Positions 55,682-64,000 of a DNA stretch of 64,000 nucleotides are shown in pieces. Location: the NCBI GenBank assembly GCA_043797125.1, contig JAZDPX010000022.1, positions 1,065 through 65,064 on the forward strand, given 5' to 3'. A model generated the notes under the pieces. That model did no database searches. It was not told the origin of the DNA and saw only the letters and a program-made list of their open reading frames with translations. Within the stretch, counting starts at the first letter, position 1; the number at the start of each line of letters is the position of its first letter. Made by a program: the position numbers and the translations under genes. This stretch comes from Candidatus Omnitrophota bacterium (GTDB lineage Bacteria; Omnitrophota; Gorgyraeia; JABMRG01; JAFGKX01).

Positions 55682-56839
55682 ACTTACGAATTTTTCTATT
55701 CTCTTCATTCCCTCTTCAATATCGCTCATGCTTGTCGCAAAACTTAAGCGTATATGATTAGGCCAGCCAAAATCACCGCCCGGTATAACCGCCACTTTTT
55801 CAAAATCAAGCAGTTTATCCGCAAATTCAAGCGAATCCATCTTCGTCTTTGAAATATCGCAGAAGCAGTAAAATGCCCCTTCGGGCTTGACGCAATAAAG
55901 GTCCTTTATCTTATTTAACGCCCCTGCCATATAATCGCGCCTTTTTTCAAACTCTGAGCGCATGGCGCGCACCGACGAATCATCGCTTTGCAAAGCGCAT
56001 AGCGCAGCCTCCTGGCTTATGCTGCAAGGATTGGATGTCGAGTGGCTTTGCAGGTTTTCAATAGCATCGATTACTGTAGAATTTTCACTTGCCAGGTATC
56101 CTATGCGCCAACCTGTCATTGAATACGATTTCGAAACACCGTCAACGACAATTGTCAGTTTCTTAATGTCATCGCCGAAAGATGCGATAGAACAATAGTC
56201 TTCGCCGTCATAAATAAGCATTTTATATATCTCATCGCTTATGACAATGATATTTTTCTCTACCGCGATATCAGCTATTGCCTTAAGAAGAGCTTTATCA
56301 TAAACAACTCCTGTTGGGTTACACGGAGAATTTAAAACCAGCGCTTTTGTATTCTTTGTAATGGCGGCCTTTAGCGCCTTTATGGTCGGCTTAAAGCCGT
56401 CTTCTTGTCTAGACTTGGCAATAACAGGTTTAGCGCCGGCGAGTTTTACCATTTCAAGATAACTGACCCAATAAGGCGAAGGGATTATTATTTCGTCGGC
56501 CTCTTCGCAGATAACCTGAAATATATTATACAGGCTATGCTTTGCGCCGTTTGACACAATAATTTGTTTTGGCTGGTATTTAAGTTTGCTGTTTCGGTTT
56601 AATTCCGCGCATATGGCGGTTTTTAATTCCATTGTACCTGAAGAAGGGGTATATTTTGTCTTACCCTTATCAATGGCGAGTGTGGCGGCATCTTTAATAA
56701 AGCCGGGCGTATCAAAATCAGGCTCACCTGCCCCGAAATTAATAACGCTTATACCTTTGGCCTTCATTGCCTTTGCTTTCGCGGTCACGGCAAGGGTTAC
56801 GGATGGCTTGACTGATTTCACTCTTTTTGAAATTTCCAT
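55661..56839 (-). CDS. aspC: aspartate aminotransferase (class I PLP)
   Basis: GEPDFDTP, NSPCNPTG, SDEIY, GVSKSYSMTGWRIG. Confidence 0.88.
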   Translation of the reverse strand: MEISKRVKSVKPSVTLAVTAKAKAMKAKGISVINFGAGEPDFDTPGFIKDAATLAIDKGKTKYTPSSGTMELKTAICAELNRNSKLKYQPKQIIVSNGAKHSLYNIFQVICEEADEIIIPSPYWVSYLEMVKLAGAKPVIAKSRQEDGFKPTIKALKAAITKNTKALVLNSPCNPTGVVYDKALLKAIADIAVEKNIIVISDEIYKMLIYDGEDYCSIASFGDDIKKLTIVVDGVSKSYSMTGWRIGYLASENSTVIDAIENLQSHSTSNPCSISQEAALCALQSDDSSVRAMRSEFEKRRDYMAGALNKIKDLYCVKPEGAFYCFCDISKTKMDSLEFADKLLDFEKVAVIPGGDFGWPNHIRLSFATSMSDIEEGMKRIEKFVSKLKIKN

Positions 56840-56856
56840 AATATCACCTCTTGCAA

Positions 56857-56887
56857 GAAAAATAGGGGCAAATATTATTGCCCCTAT
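56857..56887 (-). terminator. putative intrinsic terminator after rplQ
   Basis: Minus strand ataggggcaa-loop-ttgcccctat followed by TTTTCTT. Confidence 0.55.
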
Positions 56888-56888
56888 C

Positions 56889-57042
56889 TAATGTCAAATG
56901 ACAAAATTCAAATGACAAAATAAATCCAAATAACAAATAACAAATTTCAAAACAAAAATTTTGCCATTTGGTATTTGAAATTTGTCATTCATTTGTCCTT
57001 TGGACTTTGACATTCCTGCCTGCCGGCAGGCAGGTGTCATTA
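56889..57042. repeat. heptamer inverted array (AAATGAC / GTCATTT)
   Basis: aatgtcaaatgacaaaattcaaatgac ... tttgtcatt ... ttgacatt[insert]tgtcatt. Confidence 0.75.
57015..57034. repeat. 20-bp palindrome CCTGCCTGCCGGCAGGCAGG, copy 5
   Basis: Perfect copy interrupting the heptamer array. Confidence 0.9.
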
Positions 57043-57046
57043 ACTG

Positions 57047-57697
57047 TTACTTTTCCTTCTTCCTAAACATTCCCTTTATCTTTCCGAACAGCCCTTCTTT
57101 TTTAGCCTCCGGCTTTTTCTTTTCTTGGGCAAAAGGCTTTTTCTCCTGCACAGGCTTTACTTCTTTCTTTTTAGGCGGCTTCTTTTCTTCTTTTGGCGGC
57201 TTCTTTTCTTCTTTTGGCGGCTTTTCAATTTCCGGCAAATGCTGTTTTGGCTGTTCAATATCCTGCTTTTGCGCCTCTTGAGGCTTTTGGGCTTGAGCAG
57301 CCTTGGGTTTTTTACCTTTTTTAGGTTTCGGTTCTTTTTTAATCTTTTCAACCAGCTCGAGCACAGCCATCTGCACACCATCACCGTGACGGTTATTAAG
57401 CCGGATTACCCTTGTATACCCGCCGTTTCTGTTTTTAAACAAAGGCGCTATTTCATTTACTAAGCGCGCTACCAGGTCCTTATCCTGCAGCAGGTCAAAT
57501 GCAGCCCTTCTAGCCTGAAGGGTTTGTTTTTTGGCTATGGTTATTAATTTATCCAAATGTCTGGACGCCTCTTTTGCCTTCGGCAAGGTTGTCTTGATGC
57601 TCGAATATATAATGGCGTTTCTCACAAGCGAACGCATTAATTCCTTGCGGCCGGATCTATTTCTACCAAAGCGTTTATTAAGTTTTTTGTGTCTCAT
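57047..57697 (-). CDS. rplQ: 50S ribosomal protein L17 with a ~100-aa Lys/Pro/Glu-rich extension
   Basis: MRHKK, IKTTLPKAKE, RNGGYTRV; follows rpoA. Confidence 0.95.
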   Translation of the reverse strand: MRHKKLNKRFGRNRSGRKELMRSLVRNAIIYSSIKTTLPKAKEASRHLDKLITIAKKQTLQARRAAFDLLQDKDLVARLVNEIAPLFKNRNGGYTRVIRLNNRHGDGVQMAVLELVEKIKKEPKPKKGKKPKAAQAQKPQEAQKQDIEQPKQHLPEIEKPPKEEKKPPKEEKKPPKKKEVKPVQEKKPFAQEKKKPEAKKEGLFGKIKGMFRKKEK

Positions 57698-57707
57698 TAA
57701 TGAGCAC

Positions 57708-57742
57708 TTGATTTACGCTCTCCGTTAGGGAGCGTAAATCAA
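57708..57742. repeat. hairpin between the SD and start codon of rplQ
   Basis: ttgatttacgctc-tccgttagg-gagcgtaaatcaa, 13-bp perfect stem. Confidence 0.75.
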
Positions 57743-57767
57743 TCCTCCCTTTCTTCTTTTGCGTCAC

Positions 57768-58739
57768 TTATTTCTTCTTAACTTTCATTCCGAGAGAAAT
57801 CCCCATCTTATCCAGAATTGCCATAATCTCGTTAAGGGATTTTTTGCCGAAGTTTCTGTATTTCAGCATCTCGCTCTCGGATCTGCTTACCAGGTCACCG
57901 ATTGTTTTAATTTTTGCCTTCTCTAAGCAATTTGCGCTTCTTACCGACAACTCGAGCTCCGAAACCGGGACTTTTAGTTTCGCCTGAAGCTCTTCATCTT
58001 CCTCGGGCTCTTCCGTAATTTCAAGGTCTTCAGGAAGTTTACCAAAGTTTACAAATATGTCAAGGTGTCTTTGTAAAACGTTGGAGGCGTAAAGCAAGGC
58101 CTCTTTTGGGCTTACTGCGCCGTTTGTCCATATCTCCAGTATCAGCTTGTCATAATCCGTAATCTGCCCTACCCTGGTATTCTCTACTTGAAAATTCACT
58201 TTTGTAACGGGGCTGAAAATAGAATCCAGCACAATCGTCCCGATTGGCAAGCCTTCCTTTTTATTTCTTTCTGTTGTGACATAACCGCGCCCTCTGCCTA
58301 ATTCCATTTCCATATTAAACTTTGCATTTTCCGTCAAAGTAGCAATATGTAAATCCTTATTTATAATATCTATCGTCTCATCCGCAATTATGTCGCTTGC
58401 GGTGATTTCGCCTTTTTTTTGCGCCTTTATATATAGAGGTTTAGGCTTAAGGGCATGGCTTCTTATTGCTAATTTTTTAATATTCAGAACTATTTCGGGC
58501 ACATCTTCCACAACCCCGTCCAATGATGAAAACTCGTGCTGTATCCCCTCTATTTTTATACTGGTAACTGCGCTACCCTCTACAGAGGAAATCAATACCC
58601 TGCGCAAAGAACTGCCTAATGTCATTGCGTATCCGCGTTCAAAAGGTTCGGCTATAAACTTGCCGTAGACATCTGTCAGGGAAGACTCATCGCACTCAAG
58701 CGTCCTTGGCATCTCAAAATCTTTCCACGCTATTCCCAT
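57768..58739 (-). CDS. rpoA: RNA polymerase alpha subunit
   Basis: EPFERGY, LRRVLISS, GRGYV, ELSVRSANCL, NFGKKSL. Confidence 0.97.
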   Translation of the reverse strand: MGIAWKDFEMPRTLECDESSLTDVYGKFIAEPFERGYAMTLGSSLRRVLISSVEGSAVTSIKIEGIQHEFSSLDGVVEDVPEIVLNIKKLAIRSHALKPKPLYIKAQKKGEITASDIIADETIDIINKDLHIATLTENAKFNMEMELGRGRGYVTTERNKKEGLPIGTIVLDSIFSPVTKVNFQVENTRVGQITDYDKLILEIWTNGAVSPKEALLYASNVLQRHLDIFVNFGKLPEDLEITEEPEEDEELQAKLKVPVSELELSVRSANCLEKAKIKTIGDLVSRSESEMLKYRNFGKKSLNEIMAILDKMGISLGMKVKKK

Positions 58740-58797
58740 TTAGCTTTCCTCCAATTTTAACTATGTCAACCCTTTGGCTTTAGCTTTAGGGTTAATC

Positions 58798-59427
58798 CTA
58801 TTTCGAATACAACTCTATAATAAGCTGTTCCTGGATGTTAAAACCAATATCTTCCTTGTTAGGCATCCTCTCAACCTTTGCTTCCAAAGTCTTATCATCC
58901 ACTTTTATCCAACCTGGCATACCTCTGTCTTTTAAGGTCTCCATTTGCTGTGATATTTGTTTTAGCTTATCTTCATTTGCTTTTACCCTTATGGTATCGC
59001 CTTCGTTTACTGAGTACGACGGCCTATTAACTATTTTATCATTCACCATAATCAAGCCATGGATTACCATTTGCCGAGCATGAGGCCTTGAATTCGCAAA
59101 ACAGCTTCTAAAAACTAAATTATCTAATCTGCGCTCCAGAAGCTGCAAAAGAACCTCTCCTGTAATGCCTCTTGATTTTTCGGCTTTCTTAAAATAATTT
59201 CTAAACTGCCTTTCCAGTACGCCGTATATAGTCTTTGCCTTCTGCTTTTCTCTAAGCTGCACTCCGAAATCAGAAAGCTTGCCCCGCCTTCCCTGCCCGT
59301 GCATACCAGGCTTGTAACTACGCTTGTCTATGGCGCAATGCTCGCTAACGCAGCGGGTACCTTTTAGAAAAAGCTTAACACCCTCTCTTCTGCACAATCT
59401 GCATGCAGACCCAATATATTTCGCCAT
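58798..59427 (-). CDS. rpsD: 30S ribosomal protein S4
   Basis: CRLCRREG, QLREKQK, LERRLDN, IIELYSK. Confidence 0.97.
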   Translation of the reverse strand: MAKYIGSACRLCRREGVKLFLKGTRCVSEHCAIDKRSYKPGMHGQGRRGKLSDFGVQLREKQKAKTIYGVLERQFRNYFKKAEKSRGITGEVLLQLLERRLDNLVFRSCFANSRPHARQMVIHGLIMVNDKIVNRPSYSVNEGDTIRVKANEDKLKQISQQMETLKDRGMPGWIKVDDKTLEAKVERMPNKEDIGFNIQEQLIIELYSK

Positions 59428-59443
59428 CTATTTTTTCTCCCTT

Positions 59444-59480
59444 TCTCTAAACTCTAAGCTCTCAACTCTCAACTACTCTA
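59444..59480. repeat. short heptamer array (CTCT(A/C)AA-like) at the rpsK/rpsD junction
   Basis: tctctaa actctaa gctctca actctca act. Confidence 0.6.
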
Positions 59481-59891
59481 TACTCTTCTCCTCTTAGGCG
59501 GCCTACACCCATTATGCGGTATAGGCGTGACATCCTTAATAGCAGTTACCTGCAAGCCAGCTGCCTGCACGGCCCTAATAGCTGATTCTCTTCCTGCTCC
59601 CGGGCCTTTTACGCAAACCTCCACCTTTTTCACGCCTAATGCCTTTGCCTTTTCAGCAGCTGCAGTTGCAGCCAATTGCGCTGCGAAGGGAGTAGATTTT
59701 TTCGAACCTTTAAAACCGACATTGCCGGCTGAGGTCCAGCATATGGAATTTCCTGATTTATCCGCAACAGTAACAATGGTGTTGTTGAATGTCGCTAGAA
59801 TATATACAATGCCCTCTCTGGCAATGTTCTTTAACTTGGATTTTTTCTTTTGCGCCTTTGGTTTTTCGCTATTCTTTACTTCATCAGCCAT
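59478..59891 (-). CDS. rpsK: 30S ribosomal protein S11
   Basis: [33 protein letters not shown]. Confidence 0.97.
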   Translation of the reverse strand: MADEVKNSEKPKAQKKKSKLKNIAREGIVYILATFNNTIVTVADKSGNSICWTSAGNVGFKGSKKSTPFAAQLAATAAAEKAKALGVKKVEVCVKGPGAGRESAIRAVQAAGLQVTAIKDVTPIPHNGCRPPKRRRV

Positions 59892-59908
59892 ATTATACGC
59901 TATCCTTT

Positions 59909-60319
59909 CTACTTCTCTTTAGCAGGCGCTGCTGCCTGAATTTGTTTTGTCGCTTTTCTCAAAACCCCTACTGTTTTTCTCGGGCCTTTTCTTGTGCGCG
60001 CATTCGTGTTTGTCCTTTGCCCGCGCACAGGCAAGCCCTTTTTGTGCCTTGAGCCTCTATAGGTGCCAGCATCCACTAATCTCTTTATGTTTTGCGCTAC
60101 TTCCCTTTTTAAATCGCCTTCTACTTTATAATTTTTAGTTATATAGGCAGAAATCCTAGCCACTTCTTCCTCTGTAAGGTCCTTAGCCCTTTTGTCAGGG
60201 CTTATTGACGTGGCCTTTAACACCTGGTTTGAAGACACCCTGCCTATGCCCTGTATATAGGTAAGCGCGATCTCTGTCCTTTTTTCCTTTGGAACATCTA
60301 CTCCGCAAATTCTCGGCAC
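59909..60319 (-). CDS. rpsM: 30S ribosomal protein S13
   Basis: [27 protein letters not shown]. Confidence 0.97.
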   Translation of the reverse strand: MPRICGVDVPKEKRTEIALTYIQGIGRVSSNQVLKATSISPDKRAKDLTEEEVARISAYITKNYKVEGDLKREVAQNIKRLVDAGTYRGSRHKKGLPVRGQRTNTNARTRKGPRKTVGVLRKATKQIQAAAPAKEK

Positions 60320-60342
60320 GTTTACTACCTCCTGACTACTTG

Positions 60343-60457
60343 TTTTAATTCAAAATTTAAAATTAAAAATGTAAAATTACAATTAAAAATTTAAAATTAA
60401 TAAATTTTGAATTTTGCATTGCACTTTTTAATTTTGCATTTTGAATTTTTAATTTTT
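60343..60457. repeat. AT-rich heptamer inverted array between rpmJ and rpsM
   Basis: Same family as 7071, 12806 and 55568. Confidence 0.78.
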
Positions 60458-60458
60458 C

Positions 60459-60572
60459 TTATCCCTGTCTCTGCTTATGCTTAGGGTCTCTGCATATAAC
60501 CCTGACAATCCCTTGGCGTTTTATAACCTTGCATGATGAACATATCTTTTTAACTGACGACCTTACTTTCAT
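60459..60572 (-). CDS. rpmJ: 50S ribosomal protein L36 (zinc-ribbon form)
   Basis: Below the ORF-track cutoff; manual translation [37 protein letters not shown]. Confidence 0.96.
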   Translation of the reverse strand: MKVRSSVKKICSSCKVIKRQGIVRVICRDPKHKQRQG

Positions 60573-60575
60573 TTT

Positions 60576-60791
60576 TTACTTCTCCCGATAAACAATTCTT
60601 CCCTTGCTTAAATCATACGGCGATAATTCTATCTTGACTCTATCGCCTGCCACTATCCTGATAAAATGCATTCTCATCTTTCCTGAGACATGCGCTAAAA
60701 TTCTGTGCCCGTTATCCAATTCCACCCTAAACATTGCATTTGGCAGGGCTTCTATAATCGTTCCTTCGGTCTGTATCGCTTCTTCTTTCAT
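60576..60791 (-). CDS. infA: translation initiation factor IF-1
   Basis: [31 protein letters not shown]. Confidence 0.97.
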   Translation of the reverse strand: MKEEAIQTEGTIIEALPNAMFRVELDNGHRILAHVSGKMRMHFIRIVAGDRVKIELSPYDLSKGRIVYREK

Positions 60792-61534
60792 ATTTCCGTT
60801 AAAATCCTCGGGCCCTCTTTCGTAATGGCCACTGTGTGCTCAAAATGAGCTGATGGCTTCCTGTCAACAGTAACTGCTGTCCAGCCGTCGTTAAGCACCT
60901 CAACATCCGCCACCCCCATATTAATCATAGGCTCAATAGCCAATACCATGCCTGCCTTTAAAACCGGGCCTTTATGGGAAAGGCCGAAGTTGGGTATCTG
61001 CGGATCCTCGTGCATGCTTGTGCCTATGCCATGGCCGACAAATTCCCTGACAACAGAAAAACCGTTTGCCTCTGCTTCCTTTTGCACTAGCGCCGATATA
61101 TCAAAAAGCCTATTTCCTACAATCGAAGCCCTGATAGCCTTGGTTAACGCGTTCTTTGTCGTGTTTATTAGTTTTTCAGCATCAGGACTGATTTTGCCGA
61201 CTCCGACAGTAATTGCCGCGTCGGCATAAAAGCCATCTTTTTCAACGCCTATGTCAATGCTTATTATATCTGATTCCTTAAGCCTTTTTTCGCCTGGTAT
61301 ACCGTGCACTACTTCTTCATTAATCGAGGCGCATATGCTTTTTGGAAATCCTCTGTAACCTAAAAATGCAGACTTTCCTCCGAGAGAGCGAATTGATCTA
61401 GCAGCCTCATCATCCAGCTGTTGCGTTTTTATTCCGGGAGCAAGCATACGGCTTAACTTGCCAAGTACCTTTGCTACAATTATTCCCGCTTCACGCATCT
61501 TCTCAATCTCGTCGTCAGATTTAAGCAGGATCAT
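60788..61534 (-). CDS. map: methionine aminopeptidase type I
   Basis: [33 protein letters not shown]. Confidence 0.97.
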   Translation of the reverse strand: MILLKSDDEIEKMREAGIIVAKVLGKLSRMLAPGIKTQQLDDEAARSIRSLGGKSAFLGYRGFPKSICASINEEVVHGIPGEKRLKESDIISIDIGVEKDGFYADAAITVGVGKISPDAEKLINTTKNALTKAIRASIVGNRLFDISALVQKEAEANGFSVVREFVGHGIGTSMHEDPQIPNFGLSHKGPVLKAGMVLAIEPMINMGVADVEVLNDGWTAVTVDRKPSAHFEHTVAITKEGPRILTEI

Positions 61535-61536
61535 GT

Positions 61537-62193
61537 TTACAACAGGCCCTTTTTGTCAAAAAGCTTATTCAAAACCCGGTAGAGCTTATCTACTTCCATG
61601 TCTCCGGAGACTGTTTCTAAAATACCTTTTTCCTTATAATAATCTATCAATTCAGCTGTTTGCTGTTTATACACCTTTAATCTTTTTAAGACCGTCTCTT
61701 TTTTATCATCATCCCTTTGCATAAGGGGCTTGCCGCATTTATCGCATACATTCTCTTTTTTAGGCGGCATATTTTTCAGATGATATATAGCGCTGCATTC
61801 AAAGCAAACCCTGCGCCCTGTTAACCTGGAAACCACAGTATCTTCTGTAGTCTCCATGTAAATGACAATGTCTATTGGGATTTTGCTCCCTTTTAAAAAT
61901 TTATCAAGCGCAACAGCCTGCAGCCTTGTCCTGGGATAACCATCAAGAATAAATGCGCCTTGAATCTTTTTATCTTTTAGCCTTTCAAAAACAGCCTGAT
62001 TCACTGTTTCATCCGGCACCAGTTGCCCTTTTTGCATATAATTTGAAAGTTCTTTACCGATCGCGTCGTTTTTTTTGGCAGCCTCTCTAAATATATCCCC
62101 TGTTGAAAGGTGGGCCAAATTCAAATTCTGAGAAAGAACTTTTGCCTGCGTACCTTTACCAGCCCCAGGCGGGCCTAATAAAATTAACCGCAT
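61537..62193 (-). CDS. adk: adenylate kinase
   Basis: GPPGAGKGTQ, LDGYPR, zinc LID CxxC...CxxC. Confidence 0.97.
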   Translation of the reverse strand: MRLILLGPPGAGKGTQAKVLSQNLNLAHLSTGDIFREAAKKNDAIGKELSNYMQKGQLVPDETVNQAVFERLKDKKIQGAFILDGYPRTRLQAVALDKFLKGSKIPIDIVIYMETTEDTVVSRLTGRRVCFECSAIYHLKNMPPKKENVCDKCGKPLMQRDDDKKETVLKRLKVYKQQTAELIDYYKEKGILETVSGDMEVDKLYRVLNKLFDKKGLL

Positions 62194-62228
62194 ATCAAAC
62201 TAGACCTCAATAACAAATGACAAGTAGA

Positions 62229-62321
62229 ATATCAGATTATCAGATAATCAGAGCATCAGGTAAATTCTGATAATCTGATGTTCTGATATTCCCGCTCTGA
62301 TACTCTGGTCTTCTGATAATC
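62229..62321. repeat. 8-mer degenerate inverted array (ATCAGA / TCTGAT)
   Basis: atcagatt atcagata atcagagc atcagg ... tctgataa tctgatgt tctgatat. Confidence 0.75.
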
Positions 62322-63670
62322 TATCTCCTCGACCTCAGCCTGCCCTTTTTCAAGAATCCCTCATAGTGGCGCATCAAAAGCTGCGACTCGATCTGCTTCA
62401 TTGTATCCAGCATAACACCGACGGTAATTAACAAGGCTGTGCCGCCAAAAAAAGATGCTACCAGATACGGTATATTAAGCCACCTTGATACAATATTAGG
62501 AAATACGGCAATAAGCGCAAGGAATATCGCTCCCGGTAAAGTAACCCTTGTCAGGATCCTGTCAAAATAGGTAGCTGTTGGTTTACCCGGCCTTATGCCC
62601 GGAATAAAACCGCCGTACTTTTTCATATTATCAGCAACCTCGACCGGGTTAAAAGTAATCGCTGTATAAAAATAGCAGAAAAATATGATCAACAATGAAT
62701 ATAACGAAAAATAAAGCACGCTTCCTCTGACTAACGCGTTTGCAACATTCTGAAAAGCGCGGTTAGGAACAAAGCCCGCTATTGTAGCGGGAAAAAGCAG
62801 CAAAGACTGCGCGAATATAATCGGTATAACGCCTGCGTGGTTAACCCTAAAAGGAATATATGTGCTCTGGCCGCCATAAACTTTTCTGCCTACTATTCTT
62901 TTCGCGTACTGAACAGGAATTCTTCTCTGGCCCTGCGTAATTACGACAACAGCAACAATAACACCAATCATTAGCGCTGCCATCAAAATCAGCGTAAGGA
63001 TATTTATCTGCCTCCCCGTAGGTGAAAAGGGTGAAATCAGGGCAAATAACTGGCCTGTTGCCGTTGGCAGGCGGGATATTATACCTGCTGTAATAAGAAT
63101 TGACATACCGTTTCCGATTCCATATTCGGTTATCTGTTCGCCTAACCACATAATAAAAGCGGTACCGCTGGCTAATGTCAGGACTGTCAGCAGCCTAAAT
63201 CCCCAGCCGGGAAATTGCACCATCTGCACTCCCTGAAAGTGCCCAGGATTTTCCAGCCACAAGCTGATAAAGAAAGATTGGATTATGGCTAACGCTACAG
63301 TGCCATATCTTGTGTATTGGGTAATCTTTCTTCGCCCTTCTTCGCCGCCTTCTTTTGCTAAACGCTCAAGCTGCGGTATAACAGTAACGAGCAATTGCAT
63401 GATGATGGAACTTGATATATACGGCATGATACCCAATGCAAAAATTGTCATGTTCTGCATAGCGCCGCCGCTAAACATATCCATTATGCCAAACAACGTG
63501 CCGCCTGTTGTCTTGGTTATATTTGCAAAAAACTGAGCCAGGGCCGAACCGTCTATGCCCGGCGTAGGAATGTAAGCGCCCACTCTGTAAACCGAAACCA
63601 ATGCCAGCGTAAGAAAAATCTTTTTTCTTAAATCAGGTATCTTAAATATGCTCGCTAAAGCGTTTAACAC
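62321..63670 (-). CDS. secY: preprotein translocase SecY
   Basis: FALGIMPYISSSII, WLGEQIT..GIGNG, GGFIPGIRPG. Confidence 0.97.
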   Translation of the reverse strand: MLNALASIFKIPDLRKKIFLTLALVSVYRVGAYIPTPGIDGSALAQFFANITKTTGGTLFGIMDMFSGGAMQNMTIFALGIMPYISSSIIMQLLVTVIPQLERLAKEGGEEGRRKITQYTRYGTVALAIIQSFFISLWLENPGHFQGVQMVQFPGWGFRLLTVLTLASGTAFIMWLGEQITEYGIGNGMSILITAGIISRLPTATGQLFALISPFSPTGRQINILTLILMAALMIGVIVAVVVITQGQRRIPVQYAKRIVGRKVYGGQSTYIPFRVNHAGVIPIIFAQSLLLFPATIAGFVPNRAFQNVANALVRGSVLYFSLYSLLIIFFCYFYTAITFNPVEVADNMKKYGGFIPGIRPGKPTATYFDRILTRVTLPGAIFLALIAVFPNIVSRWLNIPYLVASFFGGTALLITVGVMLDTMKQIESQLLMRHYEGFLKKGRLRSRR

Positions 63671-63672
63671 CT

Positions 63673-64000
63673 TTATCCTTTAACCCTGCCTGCCGGCAGG
63701 CAGGCTTTAATCTTCGTATCCTTAATAATCTCTGTTTTTCCGCCGGCCTTTTCGATCGCGCTCTTTGCCGAAGCTGAAAAAGCATGCGCAGAAATATTTA
63801 AGCTTTTCTTAAGCTCGCCTTTACCCAAAATCTTGACAGGCCTGTTGAGATTCCTTACCAATCCCTTTTCTTCTAATAATTGCGGCGTAACATTTAAGCC
63901 TTGCTCAAATCTAGCCAATCTCTCCAAATTTACTATAGAGTATTCTATCTTGTTCTTAGAGGTAAACCCGACTTTTGGTATTCTTCTTACTAACGGCATC
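63673..64000 (-). CDS. rplO: 50S ribosomal protein L15 (5' end outside window)
   Basis: [35 protein letters not shown]. Confidence 0.95.
   Translation of the reverse strand, partial: MPLVRRIPKVGFTSKNKIEYSIVNLERLARFEQGLNVTPQLLEEKGLVRNLNRPVKILGKGELKKSLNISAHAFSASAKSAIEKAGGKTEIIKDTKIKACLPAGRVKG
63685..63704. repeat. 20-bp palindrome CCTGCCTGCCGGCAGGCAGG, copy 6, inside the rplO 3' end
   Basis: Perfect copy between ctttaac and ctttaat heptamers. Confidence 0.9.

Noticed and set aside
45-63536. Numerous plus-strand ORFs antisense to housekeeping genes
   Set aside because: They are typical antisense shadows of long minus-strand CDSs with no recognisable motifs.

Overview
Bacterial chromosomal segment made mostly of minus-strand housekeeping operons. 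In transcription order these are: the end of the spc/alpha ribosomal cluster (rplO-secY-adk-map-infA-rpmJ-rpsMKD-rpoA-rplQ); aspC-leuCD-like-icd-like-mdh-lpdA-lipB-lipA; glycolipid genes; fabG-acpP-fabF; acyl-CoA dehydrogenase-etfB-etfA; smc; minor pilins; dnaE; hisS-aspS; and phoH-HD phosphodiesterase-ybeY-dgkA-recO-glyQS-ppdK-sigma70-apt. The host is probably an anaerobe, possibly PVC/Omnitrophota-like, but this is an unverified impression. Two AT-rich accessory inserts interrupt the backbone. (1) About 27.1-33.1 kb, bracketed by a ~295-313 bp direct repeat that includes the 3' end of etfA. It encodes a small protein, a GHKL ATPase, a TPR membrane protein, an AbrB antitoxin with an internally deleted toxin, and an AbiE-like nucleotidyltransferase pair with twin operators. 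(2) About 45.9-49.0 kb, between lipB and lipA. It encodes a complete LexA repressor fused in frame to an N4-cytosine-type DNA methyltransferase, convergent with an MvaI/BcnI-like endonuclease, behind a leaderless promoter containing a TTCGG-N6-TTCGG box. This is the best candidate for a poorly described system: damage-switchable restriction-modification. The intergenic DNA is dense with small non-coding elements: a 20-bp palindrome with filled and empty sites, long hairpins with covarying stems and strand-specific tandem G.A mismatches, REP-like hairpins, and degenerate 7-9-mer arrays at gene junctions, some bracketing whole genes in inverted orientation. No rRNA, tRNA, CRISPR array, integrase or transposase was recognised. 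All protein calls rest on motif recognition by eye, not database searches.
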